Source of the DNA: an uncultured Solirubrobacteraceae bacterium
GTDB taxonomy: Bacteria > Actinomycetota > Thermoleophilia > Solirubrobacterales > Solirubrobacteraceae
Length of the DNA: 64,000 nucleotides
Reading direction: 5' to 3'
NCBI GenBank assembly: GCA_964588985.1
Contig: CAZPQW010000003.1
Location: forward strand, 96,001-160,000
The position numbers and the translations under genes were made by a program. How positions within the stretch are numbered: position 1 is the stretch's first letter; every line of letters begins with the position of its first letter. Shown piece after piece: positions 18,361 to 27,819 of the stretch. The notes under the pieces are model-generated. The model had not been told where the DNA came from and searched no databases. It saw nothing but the letters and a program-made list of their open reading frames with translations.

Positions 18361-18653
18361 CGGAAGGTCCAGCCTTTCGGTGTCACGGCCGGGGGGCCGT
18401 TGTCGCGGTCGCCCCGGCCAATTGGAACTGCGGACCCAGCGACCCTAGACCGTGCGACGGCCTCCGTGGGGCGCAATTTCAAACTGATGCACTACCCCCA
18501 TACACCCGATAATGCATGTTATGTCAACCAGGCATTGCACTTGAGCGGTCGTCCTACGTCCATTATCGCTTTCAGTGTTTCCGTCTTGAGCTGGTCGAAC
18601 CCTAGTTGCTACTGGCGTATTGACACCGGCCGCATTAATCGAGCTAGCTGCAC

Positions 18654-18682
18654 TTGCGTGCGTGTCGCACGTCTGCTAGACC
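18654..18682 (+). promoter_or_regulatory. Candidate promoter TTGCGT-N17-TAGACC
   Basis: Matches 8236-8264 architecture. Confidence 0.5.
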
Positions 18683-18767
18683 AATGATGCTGCTGTCAAC
18701 TCATCAGTCGGAGATCCCCGCCCAGAAGCCGGGCCAGACACGTGTAACTTTGAAAGGATGACGTGGA

Positions 18768-19319
18768 ATGAGGCTTGCCAACAAAGCTATGCTCATGCTT
18801 GTAGCGATTGGCGCACTCAATGCCGCTACGGTCACGGGCGTCAGTGCTCACACCTTCTCAGCGAGCACGGTGGCTGCATTGAAAGGCAAAGCTCTACAAA
18901 CGCAGGTGTTTAAAACCAAAGCCGGTAGTGTTGAATGTTCGACGCTGGCCATCACATCCGGGACGAGCTCGCTTTCGTCGTTAACACTGAGCGACACTGT
19001 CCAGTACTCAGGATGCAAAGCATTCGGCCTGACGGCGACCGTTTCGCCAGCTGACTACGAATTGAATGCCGATGGCTCTGTGGATCTCGTTGCTGAAGTG
19101 GCGATCAAAGCCATAGGGTGCGTCGTGATGATCCCACCTCAAACCCTGGGAGGGCTTGCGTATAAAGACTCAGGTAGTGAAGTCGTGATTGAACCGAAAG
19201 TGACTGGCATCACGTCGGAAGGCTTAGGTGCTGCGTGCGCCTACTTAAAAGAAAGTAAAGGAACGTATACGGGGAACTCATCTCTTTCGATCGCGGGTGG
19301 CAGTATTGGATGGAGTTAG
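18768..19319 (+). CDS. Secreted 4-Cys beta-rich protein, paralog 2
   Basis: Signal peptide; YSGCKAFGLTATVSPADYELNADG; CAYLKESKGT. Confidence 0.88.
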   Translation: MRLANKAMLMLVAIGALNAATVTGVSAHTFSASTVAALKGKALQTQVFKTKAGSVECSTLAITSGTSSLSSLTLSDTVQYSGCKAFGLTATVSPADYELNADGSVDLVAEVAIKAIGCVVMIPPQTLGGLAYKDSGSEVVIEPKVTGITSEGLGAACAYLKESKGTYTGNSSLSIAGGSIGWS

Positions 19320-19323
19320 GTGA

Positions 19324-19389
19324 AGACGTGGGTGGCCGCCTCTCTGCCTACCCACGTCTGTAACCACATGGCTAGGCAGCTGCCTAGCC
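19324..19389. terminator. Two hairpins between convergent genes
   Basis: AGACGTGGGT/ACCCACGTCT stem and perfect palindrome GGCTAGGCAGCTGCCTAGCC (19370-19389). Confidence 0.65.
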
Positions 19390-19398
19390 CAGACTGCC

Positions 19399-20646
19399 CT
19401 ATAGGCCGTCCACCGGCCGCACATCCTGCAACCGATCCACCCTCGCGAGCGCCGGGAACAGCCTCCCCCATCCGATCGCCAGCGCGATCGTGATCGCTCC
19501 GCCCGCCACCACCGCCGGCACCGCGCCCAGCAGGAACGCCGCCACCCCCGACTCGAACGCGCCGAGCTGGTTGGACGCGCTGATGAACACCATCTCCACC
19601 GCCAGCACGCGCCCGCGCAGATGGTCGGGCGTGGCGAGCGCGACGGTCGTGGAGCGGATGTTCATCGAGAACATGTCCACGAAGCCGCTCACGCCGAGGG
19701 CGAGCAGCGACAGCCAGAAGGAGTGCGAGAGACCGAACACCACGATGCTCGCCCCGAACGCGCCGACGACCACGAGCAGCTTGCGTCCCGCCCTGCCACC
19801 GAGCGGCCTGCGCGTGAGGACCGCCGCGGCGAGCAGCGCCCCCACCGCCGGCGCGCTGCGCAGCACCCCCAGCCCCGTCGGCCCGACGTGCAGGATCGAG
19901 CGAGCGAACAGCGGCAGCAGCGCGACCGCGCCCCCGAACAGCACAGCCATCAGGTCGAGCAGGATCGCGCCGAGCAGGATCTGGGTGTGGCGCACGAAGC
20001 GGATCCCCGCGAGCACGCTGTCGAGCCCCGGCGCCGTGCCCCCCGCCCCAGCCTGCGCCCCGGCCGCCGCCGCGGTCCTCATCCTCGCCACGCACCCCGC
20101 CGCCGCAAGGCACATCCCCGCCGCCACGCCGTAGGTGACTCCCGGAGAGATCGGGTAGAGCAGGCCTCCGAGCGCCGGGCCGACCACCTGGGCGCCCTGC
20201 ACGGCTACTCCCCGTAGTGTCATCGCGCTTTCCAACAGCTCAGCCGGCACGAGCGTCGGCGGCAGCGCACGCGCGGCCGGAGTGCCGAGCGACATCGCCG
20301 TGCCGGCGCCGAGCGCGAGCGCGAGGAACGGCAGCACGCTCGTCACGCCCGAGCTGCTCAGCGCGACCAGCCCGCCCGCGACCGCTGCGCTGAGCAACAA
20401 CGAGCAGCCGAACACCAGCCGGCGCGGGAAGCGATCCGCGAGCTGGCCCGCGGGCAGCGCGAGCACGAACATCGGGATGAACTCCGCGAGGCCGATCCAG
20501 CCGAGGTCGAGGGCGCTGCGGTGGAAGCTGTAGACCTCCCAGCCGATCGCCACCTCGAGCATCTGCACGCTCACTCCCATCCCCAGCAGCGCGAGCCACA
20601 GGAGCGCGAAGTCGCGCTCCGCGAGCGCCGGGCCGAGCCTCCTCAT
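19399..20646 (-). CDS. MFS transporter (DHA3/EntS-like)
   Basis: AGQLADRFPRR, TPDHLRGRV; 12 TM pattern. Confidence 0.9.
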   Translation of the reverse strand: MRRLGPALAERDFALLWLALLGMGVSVQMLEVAIGWEVYSFHRSALDLGWIGLAEFIPMFVLALPAGQLADRFPRRLVFGCSLLLSAAVAGGLVALSSSGVTSVLPFLALALGAGTAMSLGTPAARALPPTLVPAELLESAMTLRGVAVQGAQVVGPALGGLLYPISPGVTYGVAAGMCLAAAGCVARMRTAAAAGAQAGAGGTAPGLDSVLAGIRFVRHTQILLGAILLDLMAVLFGGAVALLPLFARSILHVGPTGLGVLRSAPAVGALLAAAVLTRRPLGGRAGRKLLVVVGAFGASIVVFGLSHSFWLSLLALGVSGFVDMFSMNIRSTTVALATPDHLRGRVLAVEMVFISASNQLGAFESGVAAFLLGAVPAVVAGGAITIALAIGWGRLFPALARVDRLQDVRPVDGL

Positions 20647-20785
20647 CGCCCTCCCCCACGAGCAGTCGCGCCCCGCTCGGCGCCTCGAGAAACCGCTCCC
20701 ATTGGAGTCATCCTCGCAGGGCATCGCCGCACTCGCGGTCTAGCATTCGGACCACGCACTGCAACCGACGACGGGGAGACACCGG

Positions 20786-21223
20786 ATGGCGAACACGCTC
20801 TACACAGCCAAGGCACACGTGACCGGAGGCCGCACCGAAGGTCACGGTCGCACGAGCGACGGGGCGCTCGAGGTCGACCTGCGCCTACCCGCGGAGATGG
20901 GCGGCACCGGTGACGGCACGAACCCCGAGCAGCTGTTCGCCGTCGGCTACGCCGCCTGCTTCGAGGGCGCGCTCGGCGTGGCCGCCCGTCGCGCGAAGGT
21001 CGACCCTGGCGAGGTGGCGATCGACTCAGAGGTCTCGCTCTCCCCGGACGGCAAGGGTGGTTTCGTGATCGGGGTCGCACTCGACGTCAGGCTCCCCGGG
21101 GTCGTCGACTCCGCCACCGCGATCGACGTGGTTCGTAAGGCTCACGATGTGTGCCCGTACTCGAACGCCACACGCGGCAACATCGAGGTGGCGCTCACCG
21201 CCAATGGCGAGCAGGTCGACTAG
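20786..21223 (+). CDS. ohr: Organic hydroperoxide resistance protein
   Basis: GTNPEQLFAVGYAACF, VCPYSNATRGN. Confidence 0.95.
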   Translation: MANTLYTAKAHVTGGRTEGHGRTSDGALEVDLRLPAEMGGTGDGTNPEQLFAVGYAACFEGALGVAARRAKVDPGEVAIDSEVSLSPDGKGGFVIGVALDVRLPGVVDSATAIDVVRKAHDVCPYSNATRGNIEVALTANGEQVD

Positions 21224-21279
21224 AGCACGACTAGAGCCGAACCGCCCGAGATTCGGAGGCCTTCGCAACGCCCAGCGCA

Positions 21280-22386
21280 TCAGTCCGCGCTCTGCTCGGC
21301 CTCGCTCTCGCTGATCTCCGACGCGCGACGCGCGACACGGTCGACGAGCCTCGTGCGTACCTCCTCCAGCTCAGAGAGATCCTCTGGCACGTCGTCGGTG
21401 GCCTCGACCGGCGGCAGCTCGGCGCGGGCATCGATCTGCCAGGTTGAAACGGCAATCGGCGCATAGACCCGATGCAGGGCGAGCTTTGCAACGGTCTCGT
21501 TGCGCTCGGTGCAGAGGATGATGCCCACGCTCTCGCGGTCATCCCCGACGCGCAACTGCTCGTCCACGGCGTTCAGATAGAAGTTCATCTTGCTCACGTA
21601 CTCAACCTGGAAGGCGCCGACCTTCAACTCGATCACGACGAAGCGCCGCAACGCGTGGTGGTAGAAAAGCAAGTCCGGGAAGAACTCCTGATCACCGACC
21701 AGCAGAGAGCGCTGGCGCCCGTAGAACGCGAAGCCCGTACCCAACTCCAACAAGAAGCTCTGGATATCGTCGAGCAGAGCCTGTTCGAGGTGGCGCTCCC
21801 GAGCATCCTCGGTCAACTCGAGGAAGTCGAATACGTATGGATCCTTGATCGCTTGCAACGCCCGATCGGCGTCGACGGGTGCCAACGCGCGCGGGAAGTT
21901 GGTCAGCGCCGCGCCCTGGCGCTCGTGCAGACGCAGATTGATCTGGCCCTTTAGGTAGCGCCGCGACCAGCGGTTCTCCGCCGCCTTCCCGGCGTACCAT
22001 GCGTAGACGTCTGGGTTCTCACCGAATGCGTCGATCAACACCTGATGGTGAGACCAGCCGATTTGTGCAGCCAGTGGCTGCACTTTCTCGGAATCGGGCC
22101 ACAACACCGCGAACCGTCGCATGTAGAACAGGTTGCGCCGGGAAAACCCTCGCGCCGAACCTGTATCCGCGCCAAGGTCCTGTGCGATCCTCCCGACGAC
22201 GTCATCGCCCCAGCCGCCGGCCTGCTGCTGCGTGAGGATCTCACGCCCGATCGACCAGTAGAGCATGACCAGCTCCGAGTTCAGGGTGCGGGCGGCGCGA
22301 GCCTGAGACTCGCGGATCTGGACGCGGAGGCGCTCGATCAGTTCACGGTAGGTAGTGCTCGCGGCGACAGCGTCCACATCGGACAC
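21280..22386 (-). CDS. YhcG/DUF1016 PD-(D/E)XK nuclease-domain protein (start uncertain)
   Basis: LYWSIGREI, GFSRRNLFYMRRF, KDPYVFDFL, DLLFYH..LR..VVIELK. Confidence 0.92.
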   Translation of the reverse strand: MSDVDAVAASTTYRELIERLRVQIRESQARAARTLNSELVMLYWSIGREILTQQQAGGWGDDVVGRIAQDLGADTGSARGFSRRNLFYMRRFAVLWPDSEKVQPLAAQIGWSHHQVLIDAFGENPDVYAWYAGKAAENRWSRRYLKGQINLRLHERQGAALTNFPRALAPVDADRALQAIKDPYVFDFLELTEDARERHLEQALLDDIQSFLLELGTGFAFYGRQRSLLVGDQEFFPDLLFYHHALRRFVVIELKVGAFQVEYVSKMNFYLNAVDEQLRVGDDRESVGIILCTERNETVAKLALHRVYAPIAVSTWQIDARAELPPVEATDDVPEDLSELEEVRTRLVDRVARRASEISESEAEQSAD

Positions 22387-22585
22387 GCCATACCGCACGG
22401 GATGCCGGCTCATAGAACGACGAGCGTGCCAACGTAGCGACCGTCGGAGCCGTACGCTTTCTTGCCTTTGAGCTTCGCTACGTGCGTGCCAGAGCGTGAG
22501 AACAGGTCGTCGCCGGACTGGCGGAGGGGCCGTCCTTGCTTCGTGTACAGCGGTGTCATTTAATGATCGTTGCACCCCGCTCGGA

Positions 22586-22599
22586 CGAACACTTGTTCG
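22586..22599. promoter_or_regulatory. LexA (SOS) box CGAAC-ACTT-GTTCG
   Basis: Perfect match to Gram-positive/actinobacterial CGAAC-N4-GTTCG in intergenic DNA. Confidence 0.7.
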
Positions 22600-22737
22600 T
22601 GCCTATGCGGTACTGTCGAACCCTCCGAGATTTGAAGCGCACGAACATCAACCTTCCCCGTCCTCACGCCAGAAGCCCTAGAAGAGATGCGACGTCGACG
22701 ACAGCTCGCCTAGATGGAGCTGGCGGACCGGCGCCCC

Positions 22738-23196
22738 TCAACGCCCAAGCGTGCGCACGAACTCATGCGCGCGCCTGCGCAGGTGGTCCAACTGCGCGCG
22801 CACCTGCTCCAGCCCCGCGCGCACCTCGGCATCCCCCACCTCGACCGGGAGCATCGAGTCCTGGAGCGTGGCGAGCGTTAGGTCCGCTTCGGTGACCGCC
22901 CGCACGGCGGCGTCTACGAACCCCTTGACCCCCCGCGCCGGTGCGACGATCGCGGCGGGCTCGAACGTGCGACCCGGGAGGTCGTGGCGCGCGGCGAACT
23001 CCGCGTGCGTGCGCTTCGCGCGACCGTAGGCGGCCTGCACGGGACGGAACAACTGTTCCTCGATGCGGTCGGCGCTGCTTTCGTCGAGCTGCTCGTATGC
23101 CTCGCTCAGCAGCGCGATCGCGCTCGCGAGCTGGTCAACGGCCTGCGCGATCGAGTCGAGCAGCTGCTGTTGGGCGTCGGCGGTCTTGTAAGCCAC
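22738..23196 (-). CDS. Hypothetical helical protein
   Basis: GTG start 7 nt after TAACCT; GC-typical codon usage. Confidence 0.7.
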   Translation of the reverse strand: MAYKTADAQQQLLDSIAQAVDQLASAIALLSEAYEQLDESSADRIEEQLFRPVQAAYGRAKRTHAEFAARHDLPGRTFEPAAIVAPARGVKGFVDAAVRAVTEADLTLATLQDSMLPVEVGDAEVRAGLEQVRAQLDHLRRRAHEFVRTLGR

Positions 23197-23218
23197 CCGA
23201 GGAAGGTTAGTGCGGTAC

Positions 23219-24466
23219 TCAGCTGTTCTCGCCGATTGGCGCGACGCTGCCTGCCGGCACGGCACTCGCCGCAGTCTCGGGGGTGCGGTAGAGGCGCACG
23301 CAATCGCGCCCCTCGGCCTTGCCCCGGTAGAGCGCGGTGTCGGCCTGGTTGATGAGGTCTTCCGCGTCCTGGCCGACCCAGCACGACACGCCGATCGTGA
23401 CCGTCAGCACGCACGATTCCGCCGCGGAGATGTCCAGGTCGCTCGAGGCGATGTGCGCGCGCAGGCGCTCGGCGACCATCGCGGCGCATTCGGCGTCGGC
23501 GCCGGGGAGCACCACGATGAACTCCTCCCCGCCCCACCGTCCGAGCACGTCCTCGATGCGCAGCGAGTCCGCGAGCCTCGCGGCCACGTGACGCAGCGCG
23601 CGATCGCCCGCCAGATGCCCGCGGCTGTCGTTGAACTCCTTGAAGCGATCGATGTCGACGAGCAGCAGCGCGAGATCGGCGTCGTGGCGCCGGGCCGCTC
23701 CGAGCGCCGCTCGCAGCGCCTCCTCGACGTGCCGGCGATTGTGGATCTCGGTCAGCGAGTCGATCCGGGCGACGCGGTCGAGCTCGCGGTTGAGTCTCGT
23801 CAGGCGCTGGCGGCTCGCGATCAGGCGGTCGAACATCGCAAGCGCCGCGAGCCCCAGCATCGCGAAGGCCGCGAACAGGATCCACGGCACCCACTGGGAC
23901 GGTCCTCGAATCGCCTGGAACACCAGGCTCGAGGGCGCCGTGAGCACCACGCGCCAGGGAGTGCCCGCGATCGGCCTGCTCGCAAACCACGATTCGCCAC
24001 GCGTGCGCGAGCTCACCGTGCCTTCGCTCGAGTGTCCCGCGGCGCGCGCGAGATCGGGGTCGATCGCCAGCAGGGCGCGCGCGGGCGTCTGCCCGGGGGC
24101 GTTGCTCACGATCACCGTCCCCGAGCGGTCGACGATGTAAGCGCCGGCACCCGAGAGCGGCACGACGCTCGCGAGATACCGCCCCAGTGGGGCCACCGCG
24201 CCGAGGACATCCGCCCGCGAGAGGGGATCGGCGTGCTGCCCGCCTTCTCGATGGGTGTGTTCCTGCAGGAAAGCGCCCGCGAAGCTCGCGGCGATCGAGG
24301 CGCGCAGCCCGAAGCGCTGCTCCACGCCGCGCTCGTTGTGAGACTGCGATTGCGCCAGCAGTAACGCCGGGGCGACCACGCACACCGCCCACAGGGCCAC
24401 GAGCGCGACGTTGCGCGTCCTTCTGGCCGTGAGAAGCCAGGCGCGTACGCCAGTGCTCGAGGTCAT
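23219..24466 (-). CDS. Membrane sensor diguanylate cyclase (Cache-like + GGDEF)
   Basis: Two TM helices, DSLT, DIDRFK..ND..GH..GD, RIED I-site, RWGGEEF. Confidence 0.92.
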   Translation of the reverse strand: MTSSTGVRAWLLTARRTRNVALVALWAVCVVAPALLLAQSQSHNERGVEQRFGLRASIAASFAGAFLQEHTHREGGQHADPLSRADVLGAVAPLGRYLASVVPLSGAGAYIVDRSGTVIVSNAPGQTPARALLAIDPDLARAAGHSSEGTVSSRTRGESWFASRPIAGTPWRVVLTAPSSLVFQAIRGPSQWVPWILFAAFAMLGLAALAMFDRLIASRQRLTRLNRELDRVARIDSLTEIHNRRHVEEALRAALGAARRHDADLALLLVDIDRFKEFNDSRGHLAGDRALRHVAARLADSLRIEDVLGRWGGEEFIVVLPGADAECAAMVAERLRAHIASSDLDISAAESCVLTVTIGVSCWVGQDAEDLINQADTALYRGKAEGRDCVRLYRTPETAASAVPAGSVAPIGENS

Positions 24467-24535
24467 GTCGAACCGCACGTGTTCATATCGGTCCAGGTAA
24501 TACCCACCTTGAGTCCGAAATCCGTGCAAAGTCGA

Positions 24536-25237
24536 CTAAATGGCCAGTTCTCGAGCGCGTGTGAGGACCGCGTCGATCATCTCCTCGGTGAGCCTGCCGG
24601 TGAACGTGTTCTGCTGGCTCGGGTGGTAGCAGCCGATCAGCCGGTAGCGCCCGAGGTCGAGCTCCGCTCCGTGACCGAAGCGCGGGCGCGGCCTCGGAAG
24701 CGCGCACTCCGGCCCGCCGATCTCCGCGACGAGGCGCAGCGCGGCGTCCCACGCGAACGCGCCGAGGCACACGATCGCCCGGACCTCGCTCAGCAGGCGC
24801 AGCTCGCGCACGCTCCACGGCAGGCAGGCGTCGCGCTCGGACGGCGCGGGCCGGTTCTGCGGCGGCGCGCAGCGGACCGCCGCGCTGATCCACGCGCCGC
24901 TCAGCTCGAGGCCGTCGTCGCGGTCGCGGGAGCTGGGCTGGTTGGCGAGACCCGCCCGCCACAGCGCTGCGTACAGGAAGTCCCCCGAGCGGTCGCCGGT
25001 GAACATCCGTCCGGTGCGGTTCGCGCCGTGGGCCGCCGGCGCGAGCCCCAGCAGCAGCAGTCGCGCGCGCGGGTCGCCGAACCCCGGGACGGGGCGGCCC
25101 CAGTAGCGCTCGTGCGCGAACGCCGCGCGTCGCTCGCGCGCCACCTGCTCGCGCCACTCGACCAGGCGCGGGCATTGTCGGCACGCTCCGATCTCCTCCG
25201 CTAGCGCCTGCAGTTCGGAACCGGCTTGCGATTGCAC
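24536..25237 (-). CDS. udgB: Uracil-DNA glycosylase family 5
   Basis: [37 protein letters not shown]. Confidence 0.92.
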   Translation of the reverse strand: MQSQAGSELQALAEEIGACRQCPRLVEWREQVARERRAAFAHERYWGRPVPGFGDPRARLLLLGLAPAAHGANRTGRMFTGDRSGDFLYAALWRAGLANQPSSRDRDDGLELSGAWISAAVRCAPPQNRPAPSERDACLPWSVRELRLLSEVRAIVCLGAFAWDAALRLVAEIGGPECALPRPRPRFGHGAELDLGRYRLIGCYHPSQQNTFTGRLTEEMIDAVLTRARELAI

Positions 25238-25263
25238 ACCGCAGTAGTACCATCGCGCGAACT

Positions 25264-25566
25264 ATGTCGCTGTGGGTGTGGATCCTGTTGCTGGCCGCCC
25301 TGATCAAGCTTCCGCTCGCCGGGCTGATGCTTTGGATCCCCTACCGCTACGACGAATCGACGATCCCGCCGGAGCCGACGGACTCCTCCGAAGAGGACGG
25401 CGGATCGAAGGCGCTCCCCGGAGGACCGCTCGACCCTCACCCGCGCGCGCCGCTGCCCCGCAAACCGCGGCGCGGGCCGCACGGCTCCCCCAGCCTGCCG
25501 CCTCCCGCGCGGGTGCGCACGACGGCGCGCAGCCGCAGCCGGCTCCCGGTGCGCGTCTCCCACTAG
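25264..25566 (+). CDS. Small membrane protein, Pro/Arg-rich tail
   Basis: N-terminal TM helix, TACCAT upstream. Confidence 0.65.
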   Translation: MSLWVWILLLAALIKLPLAGLMLWIPYRYDESTIPPEPTDSSEEDGGSKALPGGPLDPHPRAPLPRKPRRGPHGSPSLPPPARVRTTARSRSRLPVRVSH

Positions 25567-25590
25567 CGCTCGCCGCCCGACGCGCTCTGC

Positions 25591-26112
25591 TCAGCGCTTG
25601 GCGCGGCTGGTGTTGCGCTTGCGCGACTGGCGTGCGGCCTTGGCTTTGGCGCGTCGCTTCTGGAGCAGCAGGGCGCGCTCCTTCGCCGCACGGATCTCCC
25701 GCTCTTCGCTTTCGCCCTCCGTCGCCGGCGCCACCCTGCGCGCGTCGCGCGCGATCACGAAGCCGATGCCCAGGAGCAGCAGGATCGCCGCCCCGCCGGC
25801 GAGCAGGATCGTGCTTTTCGAGTTGGTCGTTTCGGTGGTTTTCGTCACACCGGTCGCGGTGGAGGCGGTCGAAGCCGTGCTGGACGTCGATTCGGGGGTT
25901 TCCGAGGACCCTTTGAGCGCTTCGCTGAACGCGCCCGGGTTGGGCGTGGCCGCCGTACCCGTGGTGCTCGTCGTGATGCTCGGCTTGCTCGCGGCGGCGG
26001 CGCTCGCGCTCGACGCGACGGACATCGCGAGCAGCAGCACGGCCACCGTCAGAGACAGCAGACGCAGTCCCGCGCGCGACCCCGACGATGCCAATGGCGA
26101 CGAACCCCTCAC
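25591..26112 (-). CDS. Surface protein: signal peptide, Ser/Thr-rich stalk, C-terminal TM and basic tail
   Basis: GTG 6 nt after TATGCT; domain pattern read from translation. Confidence 0.7.
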   Translation of the reverse strand: MRGSSPLASSGSRAGLRLLSLTVAVLLLAMSVASSASAAAASKPSITTSTTGTAATPNPGAFSEALKGSSETPESTSSTASTASTATGVTKTTETTNSKSTILLAGGAAILLLLGIGFVIARDARRVAPATEGESEEREIRAAKERALLLQKRRAKAKAARQSRKRNTSRAKR

Positions 26113-26211
26113 GCGGCGAGCATACCGGCTGGGCGGTCTCGGTTCGAACGCGCGCACGCCGCATTCGCGAGCATCCGCGCCGCGGGCGCTCAAACCATAG
26201 AATGGCCGCCG

Positions 26212-26805
26212 ATGGCACCCAAACAACGTCAGGTCAAGATGGAGCAGCGCGGCGCCTTCGAGGCGATCCAGGCGCTGGAGCAGCGCAGCGACGAGGAGCT
26301 GGAGGCCGAGACCAAGTTCAAGTCCGCCGCGATGGCGATCCTCGGCGCGCGCGCGTCGGAGCGCTTCGACGCGGAGGCCGCACGCGGCTACTTCCAGCGC
26401 GCGATCGCGGCCGCCCGCCCGCAGGAGCGGATGCAGATCAGGCGCATGGCGGACGCCTCGCTCGCGCTCGCCGAACGGCGCGCCGGAGACCTCAAGCAGG
26501 CGGTCGAGCGCCTCGGTCAGGCGCCGCCGAGCGGGCGCCAGATGTTCGCGCTGCGCGCGATGGGCCTGCTCATCCCTCCCTCCTCCGCTGGCATCCTCGT
26601 GCGGATCCGCGGCGTGCTGCTGATCATCGCGCTGATCCTCGTGCTGCTCGCGATCGGCCTCGGCGTCGTCGAGCTCGTGTCGCTGCCGTTCGGCGGCCTC
26701 GGCCTCGCGCCCGGCATCCTGCTGGGACTGTTCGTGATGATCGCCGCGCTCGCGATCGTCGCCGCGATCGGCCGACGCCGGCGCGACAAAGCCCGCGCTG
26801 GCTGA
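26212..26805 (+). CDS. Hypothetical membrane protein
   Basis: TAGAAT 8 nt before ATG; two C-terminal TM helices. Confidence 0.75.
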   Translation: MAPKQRQVKMEQRGAFEAIQALEQRSDEELEAETKFKSAAMAILGARASERFDAEAARGYFQRAIAAARPQERMQIRRMADASLALAERRAGDLKQAVERLGQAPPSGRQMFALRAMGLLIPPSSAGILVRIRGVLLIIALILVLLAIGLGVVELVSLPFGGLGLAPGILLGLFVMIAALAIVAAIGRRRRDKARAG

Positions 26806-26865
26806 AGACGGCGCAAGCCCGCGAGCAGACCAGCTGATCCCCGCCCTCGCGACTAGGCTAGGCGC

Positions 26866-27819
26866 ATGCCAGCGCCCGTGTGTCTGATAGTGAACCCCGC
26901 CGCCGGAGGCGGTAAGGCCGGCCGGCTCGCGCCCGCCGTGGAGAGCGAGCTGCGCAGGCTCGGGCTGACGGTGCGCCGCGAGGACACCACGCACCTCGAG
27001 CACGCCCGCGAGCTGGGGCTCGAAGCGGCTCAGGCCGGTGAGACGGTGGTGGCGCTGAGCGGCGACGGCATGCTCGGAGTGCTCGCGGACGCGCTGCGCG
27101 CCGTGCCGGGGGCGACGCTGGGCGTGCTGCCGGGCGGGCGCGGCAACGACTTCGCGCGCGTGCTCGGCATCCCCGACGACGCGGTCGCGGCGTGCGCCAC
27201 GGTCGCGGCGGGCGTGGCGCGAGAGGTCGACCTGGGCCTCGTCACGACCGGCGCGGACCACGATGCGGGCGGCGTGGCGTTCGTGGGGATCGCGTCGTGC
27301 GGCTTCGACAGCGACGCCAACCGGATCGCCAACGAAGCGCCGGCGTGGCTGGGTGGGCTGGTGTATGCGTACGGGGCTCTGCGCGCGCTGATCTCCTGGC
27401 GCCCGGCGCGCTTCGAGATCGAGCTGCAGCCGCAGGGCGAGCGCCACTCCTTCAGCGGCTACACCGTCGCGGCGGCGAACTCGAAGGCCTACGGCGGCGG
27501 GATGCACATGGCGCCCGACGCGCTGCTCGACGACGGGCTGCTCGAGGTGGTGGTGGTCGAGCGGGTGGGCAAGCTGCGCTTCGTGGCGAACCTGCCGAAG
27601 GTGTTCAAGGGAGATCACGTCAAGCAGCCGTCGGTGCGGGTGTTCCGCGCGCGGGAGATCGCGGTGAGCGCGGACCGGCCGTTCACGATGTACGCGGACG
27701 GCGACCCGATCGGCGAGCTGCCGCTGCGGGTGAGCGCCCTGCCGGGCGCGGTGCGGATGCTCGTGCCGGCCGGCGGCGAGGCCGACGGGGCGTTCGCGAC
27801 GCCGACGGGCGCGAGCTGA
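26866..27819 (+). CDS. Diacylglycerol/lipid kinase (YegS/DAGK family)
   Basis: VNPAAG, SGDG, PGGRGNDFAR, YGGG, ADGD. Confidence 0.92.
   Translation: MPAPVCLIVNPAAGGGKAGRLAPAVESELRRLGLTVRREDTTHLEHARELGLEAAQAGETVVALSGDGMLGVLADALRAVPGATLGVLPGGRGNDFARVLGIPDDAVAACATVAAGVAREVDLGLVTTGADHDAGGVAFVGIASCGFDSDANRIANEAPAWLGGLVYAYGALRALISWRPARFEIELQPQGERHSFSGYTVAAANSKAYGGGMHMAPDALLDDGLLEVVVVERVGKLRFVANLPKVFKGDHVKQPSVRVFRAREIAVSADRPFTMYADGDPIGELPLRVSALPGAVRMLVPAGGEADGAFATPTGAS

Larger units (their letters stand above)
15369..18496 (+). mobile_element. Cargo-carrying IS1-family element (~3.1 kb)
   Basis: Perfect 18-bp IRs GGTAGTGCATCAGTTTGA (15369-15386) / TCAAACTGATGCACTACC (18479-18496); flanks CCCATACG / CCCATACA; IS1-type DDE transposase inside. 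Confidence 0.9.

Noticed and set aside
21218-21238. GACTAGAGC direct repeat after ohr as a possible target-site duplication
   Set aside because: Copies are adjacent rather than flanking the yhcG block; no matching repeat at the other side
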